From an uncultured Muribaculaceae bacterium (GTDB lineage Bacteria; Bacillota_I; Bacilli_A; RF39; UBA660): a DNA stretch of 64,000 nt. How positions within the stretch are numbered: the stretch's first letter is position 1; each line of letters begins with the position of its first letter. Below are positions 46,716-53,277 of the stretch, in pieces. The translations under genes were made by a program, and so were the position numbers. Location: assembly GCA_964616485.1 (NCBI GenBank), contig CAZTRB010000001.1, positions 5,247 to 69,246 of the forward strand. The letters run 5' to 3'. A model generated the notes under the pieces. The model was not told where the DNA came from, made no database searches, and saw only the letters and a program-made list of their open reading frames with translations.

Positions 46716-48482
46716 ATGAAAGAAAAAGTTATTATAATTTTAATGTCTTTACTTAGTGCTTTTGCTTTTGTTAGTGAAATAGAAGTAAATCCATCTATTT
46801 TACTTATTTTAAGCGTCTCTTTTTCTTTTTTTTATAATAGATACTTATATAAATATAAAAACAACCCTCTTTTCTTAATTTTAGCTGTTATTTTTTCCTT
46901 GTTTATGGTAATTGGTGCTTCCGTTAAGTTAAGTGGTGGTTTCTTTATTCATATAAAGAAGTCTTATAACGTTACACTTATGCTTGTAGCTGTTCCAGGA
47001 TATGCAGTGTTTTTTAATGTCTTAATAAATTTAATAAATGATTTTTTTATTAATTATAAGATCACTTATAATTTTAAAGATAGTTGGTTAATTAAAAAGT
47101 TTAATGATAATCCCTTTAAATTTACTTTTATAACTCTATTGATATGCTATATACCTTGGATAATTAGTTATTATCCGGTAGTAATAAATCCCGATGCAGC
47201 TAAACAAATCAAAGAGTTTATGGGGCTTACAACCGATTATTTAGATAGAGTAAATTTAGTCGATCCAAACGTTATGATAACTAATTTTAATCCCGTTTTT
47301 CATACGTTTATCTTAGGAAGTTTTTTTAAGTTAGGTTATCATCTAGGTAGCGTTAATTTTGGTTTGTTTCTATATGCAATCTTACAAGTGAGTTTCGTTA
47401 TCTTTGTTTTTTCATATGCGATTAATTATATGAAAAAGAAAAAGATGAATAATGTATTGATAATTATCACGTTACTATTATATGCCTTTATCCCCGTATA
47501 TGGATCATATACGATGGCAGCAGTAAAAGATGTTTTCTTCGCTTCTTTTATCTATTTATACATTATTAAATTATATGATTATTTGAGGTATGATAACTCT
47601 TTTAAAAATTTAATAAAGATCGTCGTGCTTTCTATTTTCGTTATCTTATTTAGAAATAATGGATTCCATACGATTATCTTAAGTTTTCCTTTTCTGTTGT
47701 TTTTTACAAAAAAGAAGATTCATGTATTAACGGGAATACTTCTTATCTTATCTTTTTATCAATTGCATTTTAATATCGTCATTCCACATTTTAAGATTAC
47801 AAATACTTCGGTAGCTGAGAGTATGTCTGTTTTCTTCCAACAAACGGCAAGACTGGCAAAATACCGTCCGCATGCTTTTACTGAAAAAGATAAAGACGTC
47901 ATAGATAAATTAATTGGTTTTGATACTCTTAAAGACCGATACGAACCTCATAAAGCCGATAAAGTAAAGGATGAGATAAATAAAAATCATACGAATGAAG
48001 ATTTAAAGTCTTATTTAGAAGTTTGGAAAAAGGGATTGTATAAATATCCAGATATATATATCGATGCTACTTTAAGTAATACCTATGGTTATTTTTATCC
48101 AAATACTTATAACTGGTATTTATATAATACTTATAATACTTTATTAGAAGAGGCGGGATTCGATTATCATTATAGCAACATAATGACGATTCCAAGACAA
48201 GCATTGAAGACATATGGTGATAGTTTTTCTAAAGTACCTGTTTTGGGAGCTATTACGAATATTGCTTTTAACGTTTGGATAATTATGATTTTTTCTTGTT
48301 TGTTTATTTTTTCAAAGAAAAGAGAATTAATAATAATACTATTACCGTCATTTGCAATCGTCTTAGCGTCTCTTGTCGGTCCAATAAATACTTATTTTAG
48401 ATATATATTACCGATAGCTTATACGATGCCGTTTTATGTAACAGTCGTTTATCATGAATTAAATAAGCGTAATAAGCTTTAA
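46716..48482 (+). CDS. Large polytopic membrane protein (588 aa), candidate GT-C-type extracytoplasmic glycosyltransferase
   Basis: More than 10 TM segments plus a roughly 120-aa external loop region. The call rests on context (GT2 + GtrA). AAGGAG SD before ATG 46716. Confidence 0.6.
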   Translation: MKEKVIIILMSLLSAFAFVSEIEVNPSILLILSVSFSFFYNRYLYKYKNNPLFLILAVIFSLFMVIGASVKLSGGFFIHIKKSYNVTLMLVAVPGYAVFFNVLINLINDFFINYKITYNFKDSWLIKKFNDNPFKFTFITLLICYIPWIISYYPVVINPDAAKQIKEFMGLTTDYLDRVNLVDPNVMITNFNPVFHTFILGSFFKLGYHLGSVNFGLFLYAILQVSFVIFVFSYAINYMKKKKMNNVLIIITLLLYAFIPVYGSYTMAAVKDVFFASFIYLYIIKLYDYLRYDNSFKNLIKIVVLSIFVILFRNNGFHTIILSFPFLLFFTKKKIHVLTGILLILSFYQLHFNIVIPHFKITNTSVAESMSVFFQQTARLAKYRPHAFTEKDKDVIDKLIGFDTLKDRYEPHKADKVKDEINKNHTNEDLKSYLEVWKKGLYKYPDIYIDATLSNTYGYFYPNTYNWYLYNTYNTLLEEAGFDYHYSNIMTIPRQALKTYGDSFSKVPVLGAITNIAFNVWIIMIFSCLFIFSKKRELIIILLPSFAIVLASLVGPINTYFRYILPIAYTMPFYVTVVYHELNKRNKL

Positions 48483-48489
48483 TAATATG

Positions 48490-48519
48490 TTGACTATACT
48501 AATTATACTAGGGTATAAT
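48490..48519 (+). promoter_or_regulatory. sigma-A promoter for tRNA-Ser
   Basis: TTGACT (48490-48495), 18-nt spacer, TATAAT (48514-48519). Confidence 0.55.
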
Positions 48520-48537
48520 TAGTTAGTCAGCAATTAT

Positions 48538-48628
48538 GGAGACATACTCAAGAGGCTGAAGAGGCGCCCCTGCTAAGGGTGTAGATCGGGAAACTGGTGC
48601 GAGGGTTCAAATCCCTCTGTCTCCGCCA
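48538..48628 (+). tRNA. tRNA-Ser (anticodon GCT), long variable arm, CCA encoded
   Basis: Acceptor GGAGACA/TGTCTCC, anticodon loop CTGCTAA, about 19-nt variable arm, T-loop TTCAAAT, discriminator G plus CCA. Confidence 0.92.
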
Positions 48629-48637
48629 TAAGAAAAT

Positions 48638-48662
48638 AAAACCTTATTTTTAAGGTTTTTTT
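48638..48662 (+). terminator. Rho-independent terminator after tRNA-Ser
   Basis: AAAACCTTA-tttt-TAAGGTTTT followed by a T-run. Confidence 0.8.
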
Positions 48663-48766
48663 GTTTCTGTTTTTCATTTTAAAATAAATAAGAAAGACAG
48701 TAAATCACTTGATAAAAAAGTTTCTTTATTATATACTTATATTATAAATAGTAAGGAGTTAATAAT

Positions 48767-49327
48767 ATGAGTGAAGTTAGCAATTCTGATAAAGATAAGA
48801 AAAAAGAATTAAAGAAACTAATTAAAGAAGAGAAAAGAATAGATAAAAAAGACAAGCAAAAAGCCAAGAAAAAGACGAAAGAATTTAAAAGGCTAACTGC
48901 TGAAAAAGAAAAAGTTGTCGAAATAAGGAAAAAAAGACATATTTTTGAGTTTTTCGTTATTCTCGTTTTTCTCATCGTTATGTTGGTTCTTTTAGTTAAC
49001 AAAACATTCTTTAGAGAGACTTATAAAACAGATAAAATAAATATAAACATCCCACTCTTGACATATTTTATAAAAGATGACGGTAATCAAGTTGTCCTTA
49101 AAACTCTTAGAAAATCACAGTATGTAGAAGAGTATTTCGATACGTATTTATCGAATTTGACACGTTATAATTGCCAAAACACATATTTTTACTATAACGA
49201 AAATACTAAGACAGCTATATTTGATATTAAGGTAGAAAAAAAGTTCGTCGTTAAAACGGTTAAAATAAATTATAGGAATGGAAATGCCGATTGTATTTGT
49301 TCTAGTCCTACAACTGAATGCGAGTAA
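48767..49327 (+). CDS. Type II membrane protein: Lys-rich cytoplasmic N-terminus, one TM segment, about 100-aa external domain with 4 Cys; unknown function
   Basis: AAGGAG SD; KDKKKELKKLIKEEKR... region; TM segment IFEFFVILVFLIVMLVLLV; C-terminal NC...DCIC....EC. Confidence 0.7.
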   Translation: MSEVSNSDKDKKKELKKLIKEEKRIDKKDKQKAKKKTKEFKRLTAEKEKVVEIRKKRHIFEFFVILVFLIVMLVLLVNKTFFRETYKTDKININIPLLTYFIKDDGNQVVLKTLRKSQYVEEYFDTYLSNLTRYNCQNTYFYYNENTKTAIFDIKVEKKFVVKTVKINYRNGNADCICSSPTTECE

Positions 49328-49364
49328 TTAACTCGCTTTTTTCTTGCCTGTATTTGATCAATTA

Positions 49365-49393
49365 TTGACAAAAACAAAAAAATGTACTATATT
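49365..49393 (+). promoter_or_regulatory. sigma-A promoter, family copy 1
   Basis: TTGACA, 17-nt spacer, TATATT. Confidence 0.55.
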
Positions 49394-49425
49394 AATCGCA
49401 GATTTTAATGAATGGGGGATATAAA

Positions 49426-50164
49426 ATGGAAATAAAAAAATCAGTTGGACCTATTGTTCTTGCTACAGGAATTCTTTTTAGCGGTGTGCTAGACGGCCTA
49501 GTTAATTTAAACAAAGATGAAAAAGATAATAGACAAAGACAAGGAACTGTTTCTAAAATGCTGGGAATTACTACGACAAGAGCCGAAGAAGTTGAATCTT
49601 TAGAAGAGTTTGTCGAAGGATCAATTGTTGGTAATGAAGAAGAAAACGAGAGAAAAGTAAGTAAACCAGTTTCTGAACGTTATCCTGAAGTGAATTTTAC
49701 TGGAAAAGTCAATAAAAGCTTTGTAGATGAATGGTCAGAATATTTTGAACGTGAAACCCTTTATGTTTACGAAAAAGAAGTGTTGACTGCTGAGGAGAAT
49801 CCAATAACAGTTAGAATACTTAGTGGTTGGGATGATTTAGTTGAATTTAAGGATGATGAAGAGTTAACTTTTCTTGGTGAATATGTTTTTAACCCAGATG
49901 ATCTATTATTTTATCGTACCGATAAAAAAAGAGAAAAAAGGGTATCTTTTCTCTTTTGCAGAACTTTCTCATGAGTTAGATTCTAAAGATAATCTTTTTT
50001 ATAATGCGACATTTGGATTGTATCTTGACAGATTAATTTATGGTGAAAATGCGTTTAATCAAGACGAAAAAAATAGTATTTTCTCTCAAATAGAATCGGG
50101 TGATGTAGTCTTAAATTTTGATTATATTAGAGAACCAATTTTGGATCAAGGACCTACAAAATAA
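49426..50164 (+). pseudogene. Family copy 1, disrupted by a +1 frameshift inside A7/A6 homopolymers (track ORFs 49408-49974 and 49874-50164)
   Basis: Removing one A from 49924-49930 or from 49934-49939 restores ..DKKREKGYLFSFAELSHE.., colinear with copy 2 (..DKNREKGYLFSFAELSHE..). Confidence 0.85.
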
Positions 50165-50180
50165 TAAAAGGTTTAATATA

Positions 50181-50211
50181 AAATAGTATTTCTAAAGAGG
50201 TACTATTTTTT
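50181..50211 (+). terminator. Rho-independent terminator after copy 1
   Basis: AATAGTA-12 nt-TACTATT followed by a T-run. Confidence 0.65.
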
Positions 50212-50391
50212 GTGGCTAAAAAAGTATAAAAACACAAGAAATATACGTTAAAAACCGACGAGTAGCGGTCAAAAAATATTTAAGCAATAAAGGATCCAAC
50301 AATATTATCGGTGAATATTAAGCGTTGGTAAATCATTTGAGATAAAATGATTAATGTAATAATAATTTTGAAGAAAAATTACATATGAAAC

Positions 50392-50418
50392 TTGACAAAA
50401 AACAAAAAATGTTATAAT
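50392..50418 (+). promoter_or_regulatory. Promoter with consensus hexamers and extended -10, family copy 2
   Basis: TTGACA, 15-nt spacer ending in TGt, TATAAT. The spacer is shorter than optimal. Confidence 0.5.
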
Positions 50419-50450
50419 CTAGCCATATTTAATGAATGGGGGAAATTAAA

Positions 50451-51209
50451 ATGGGAATTAAAAAAACAGTTGGGACGATAACACTTGCAACAGGTATACT
50501 TTTTAGTGGCGTGCTAGATGGCCTAGTTAATTTAAACAAAGATGAAAAGGATAACAAAGTTAGACAGGGTGTGGTTTCCGAGTGGGGGATTCCTAAAGTG
50601 AGAGCTGAAGAAGTTGAGACTTTGGAAGAAATTTTGGAAAGCCAAATTGTTGGAAGTGAAAAAGAAGCGGTTGTTGAAGAGAATGTAGAAAACGAGAGGA
50701 AAGTAAGTAAGCCAGTTTCCGAACGTTATCCTGAAGTGAATTTTACTGGAAAAACTAATAAAAGTTTTGTGGATGAATGGTCAGAATATTTTGACAGCAC
50801 ACCTCTTTATGTCTACGAAAAAGAAGTGTTGAATGCTGAAGGGAATCCAATTACAGTTAGAATACTTGATGAGTGGGATGATTTAGTTGAATTTAAGGGT
50901 GATGAAGAGTTAACTTTTCTTGGCGAATACATCTTTAATCCAGATGATCTATTATTTTATCGTACTGATAAAAACAGAGAGAAAGGGTATCTTTTCTCAT
51001 TCGCAGAGCTTTCTCATGAGTTAGATCCTAAGGACACTCTTTTTGATGATTCTACATTTGCGTTGTATCTTGACAGATTAATTTACGGTGAAGGAGCCTT
51101 TAATCAAGACGAAAAATATAGTATTTTTTCTCAAATAGAATCGGGTGATATAGTCTTAAATTTTGATTATGTCAGAGAACCAATTTTAGATCAAGGACCA
51201 ACAAAATAA
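50451..51209 (+). CDS. Family copy 2: exported or N-terminally anchored protein of unknown function (252 aa)
   Basis: GGGGGA SD before ATG 50451. Hydrophobic N-terminus KKTVGTITLATGILFSGV. No recognisable domain. Confidence 0.8.
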   Translation: MGIKKTVGTITLATGILFSGVLDGLVNLNKDEKDNKVRQGVVSEWGIPKVRAEEVETLEEILESQIVGSEKEAVVEENVENERKVSKPVSERYPEVNFTGKTNKSFVDEWSEYFDSTPLYVYEKEVLNAEGNPITVRILDEWDDLVEFKGDEELTFLGEYIFNPDDLLFYRTDKNREKGYLFSFAELSHELDPKDTLFDDSTFALYLDRLIYGEGAFNQDEKYSIFSQIESGDIVLNFDYVREPILDQGPTK

Positions 51210-51226
51210 TAAAAGTTTAAATATAA

Positions 51227-51258
51227 AATAGTATTTCTAAAGAGGTGCTATTTTTTTT
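51227..51258 (+). terminator. Rho-independent terminator after copy 2
   Basis: Same hairpin as 50181-50211, with one A-to-G change that keeps pairing as a G-U wobble, followed by T8. Confidence 0.65.
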
Positions 51259-51435
51259 GTTGCTAAAAAAGAAAAAAAACAAGAAATATACGTTGAAAAC
51301 CGATGAGTAGCAGTCTACAAATATTTAGTAATAAAGGATCCAACAATATTATCGGTGAATATTAAGTGTTGGTAAATCATTTGAGATAAAATGATTAATG
51401 TAATAATAATTTTGAAGAAAAATTACATATGAAAC

Positions 51436-51462
51436 TTGACAAAAAACAAAAAATGTTATAAT
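51436..51462 (+). promoter_or_regulatory. Promoter with extended -10, family copy 3
   Basis: Identical sequence to 50392-50418. Confidence 0.5.
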
Positions 51463-51494
51463 CTAGCCATATTTAATGAATGGGGGAAATTAAA

Positions 51495-52274
51495 ATGGGA
51501 ATTAAAAAAACAATTGGGACGATAACACTTGCAACAGGTATACTTTTTAGTGGTATGCAAGACGGCCTAGTTAATTTAAACAAAGATGAAAAGGATAACA
51601 GAGTTAGACAGGGTGTGGTTTCTGAGTGGGGGATTGCTAAAGCGAGAGCTGAAGAAGTTGAGACTTTGGAGGAAATTTTGGAAAGCCAAATTGTTGGAAG
51701 TGAAGAAGAAACGATTGTTGAAGAGAACGTTGGGTTTACAAAAAAAGTAAATAAACCAGCGTCTGAACGTTATCCAGAAATTGGATTTACTGATGAGGTT
51801 AATCAATACTTTATCGATACTATGACGGAAGTTTTAAATGCTAGAAAGCACTATGTATATGAAAGAGAAATGTTAACTGAGGAGGATGTTCCTGTAAAAG
51901 TTAGAGTGATTAGTCGAAAAGATAATTTGATTTTATTAAAAGCAGACGATGACTTAACATTCCTTGGAGAGTACGTTTTCAATCCGGATGATCCAATATT
52001 TTATTATAGCGATGTTAATAGAAAAAAAGGATATATTCTTTCATTTAATGATCTTTCTCGTAAAGTTGATCCACAAAACAATCCTTTTGATAACAGTTCT
52101 GTAGCTGCTCCGTATTATGATACTTTGATATATGGTGGGAGTTCGTTTAATCAAGAAGAAAAATATAGTGTTTTTTCTCAAATAGAGTCGGGTGATTTAA
52201 CTTTTGAACTTAGTTTCGTAGGCGAACCAGAAATAGTAAATGAATATTCGTTAGAGCAAGGCCCAGCAAAATAA
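51495..52274 (+). CDS. Family copy 3: divergent paralog (259 aa)
   Basis: The first ~75 aa are nearly identical to copy 2. The central and C-terminal parts are diverged but colinear (LTFLGEYVFNPDD, FSQIESGD, EQGPAK retained). Confidence 0.8.
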   Translation: MGIKKTIGTITLATGILFSGMQDGLVNLNKDEKDNRVRQGVVSEWGIAKARAEEVETLEEILESQIVGSEEETIVEENVGFTKKVNKPASERYPEIGFTDEVNQYFIDTMTEVLNARKHYVYEREMLTEEDVPVKVRVISRKDNLILLKADDDLTFLGEYVFNPDDPIFYYSDVNRKKGYILSFNDLSRKVDPQNNPFDNSSVAAPYYDTLIYGGSSFNQEEKYSVFSQIESGDLTFELSFVGEPEIVNEYSLEQGPAK

Positions 52275-52294
52275 TTTAAAATATAATATATTAG

Positions 52295-52319
52295 AGAGTT
52301 ACATGTGTAACTCTTTTTT
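52295..52319 (+). terminator. Rho-independent terminator after copy 3
   Basis: AGAGTTACA/TGTAACTCT palindrome followed by T5. Confidence 0.8.
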
Positions 52320-52549
52320 GACGTAAATGTTTTTAATATTTTGTTACTGTAAATGAGATTGTAAAAAACAAGAATTTTTTTAGTTTGATATCAACAAGTC
52401 AAGTACATGTTCAATGAGTCCATAAAAAAATGAATAATATACTATTTGCTCTTTTTAAAAAGGTTTAAAACAATAATATGTTTAAGATAAAAAAGTTTGA
52501 AAAAAAAATGATGCTGTAGTATACTTTATATAAAGATAGGTGGAATAAA

Positions 52550-53269
52550 TTGAAAAATAAAAAGAGAAAAAAAATAATAGTATCATCATTAATAAATCTT
52601 TTAATTTTAACGGTTTTTTTTGTTTTCCCTTTTGAGGTTGAAGCCGCGAGAGAGCTTTGCACAAGCAAAATTCTTTCTGAACAAAAAAGTAAAGCACATA
52701 ATATTAATTTTGATTACGAATTAAAGTATGATGAACACAATTCATACTATTACGAAGTATCGTTTTCTAATATTAAAGAAGGAATTGAATTTTATTATGG
52801 CGGGATGGCTTATAAGTATTTAGAAGAAAAACCAACTCAAATTTTAATGCCTATGTTTGAAGGTGGAACAACTTTAGAAATGGAAGTGTTTGTTTCATAT
52901 GGATATCCTTGTGTTGGAGAAAAAGTGGGTACAAAACATTTAAAACTTCCAAAATACAATAAATACAGTGAGTTAAAAGAATGTATTGAATATGAAGAAT
53001 TCCCTTTGTGTGGAAAGCATTATGAGGGTGACATTCCTAATTTACAATATTTTACTGAAAAGCTAGAAAAATACAAAGCATCTTTAAATAAAGAAGAACC
53101 GATAGAGGTTGTTGAAAAAAACAAAAGTATTTTTGAAAAAATAATTGCTTTTTATATTAATAATTTTATAATAACTTTGCCAATTACGGTTATAATTTTT
53201 GGTTCAGGTGTTTATTATGTAATAAGAATTATAGTTAACAATAAAAGAAGAATAAAGATAAAATTTTAG
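52550..53269 (+). CDS. Exported, C-terminally tail-anchored protein (239 aa, 4 Cys), unknown function
   Basis: TTG start after an AGGTGG SD. Signal peptide ..VFFVFPFEVEA/AR. C-terminal TM segment ITLPITVIIFGSGVYYVIRII plus a basic tail. Confidence 0.72.
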   Translation: MKNKKRKKIIVSSLINLLILTVFFVFPFEVEAARELCTSKILSEQKSKAHNINFDYELKYDEHNSYYYEVSFSNIKEGIEFYYGGMAYKYLEEKPTQILMPMFEGGTTLEMEVFVSYGYPCVGEKVGTKHLKLPKYNKYSELKECIEYEEFPLCGKHYEGDIPNLQYFTEKLEKYKASLNKEEPIEVVEKNKSIFEKIIAFYINNFIITLPITVIIFGSGVYYVIRIIVNNKRRIKIKF

Positions 53270-53277
53270 GAGGTCTC

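Larger units (their letters stand above)
49363..52274 (+). repeat. Tandem triplication (period about 1.03-1.04 kb) of promoter + gene + spacer
   Basis: Start codons at 49426, 50451 and 51495. The spacers 50165-50450 and 51210-51494 are near-identical, and the three products align end to end. Confidence 0.9.

Noticed and set aside
49874-50164. 96-aa ORF listed as a separate gene.
   Set aside because: Its first ~20 residues are out-of-frame translation of copy 1. From GYLFSF onward it is the C-terminal part of the frameshifted family copy 1, so I annotated it as one pseudogene (49426-50164).
50270-50352. Mini-ORF on the minus strand of the conserved spacer. It encodes MIYQRLIFTDNIVGSFIA (18 aa) in the first spacer and a 21-aa version in the second.
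   Set aside because: The two spacer copies differ by a nonsynonymous change and by loss of the stop codon, and I saw no SD. The conservation is better explained at the DNA/RNA level.
52465-52697. Two overlapping minus-strand ORFs (67 and 71 aa) in the region upstream of, and overlapping the start of, the 52550 gene.
   Set aside because: They are antisense to the promoter/SD/signal-peptide region of the 52550-53269 gene. They have no SD, and their products are Phe/Leu/Lys-rich junk.
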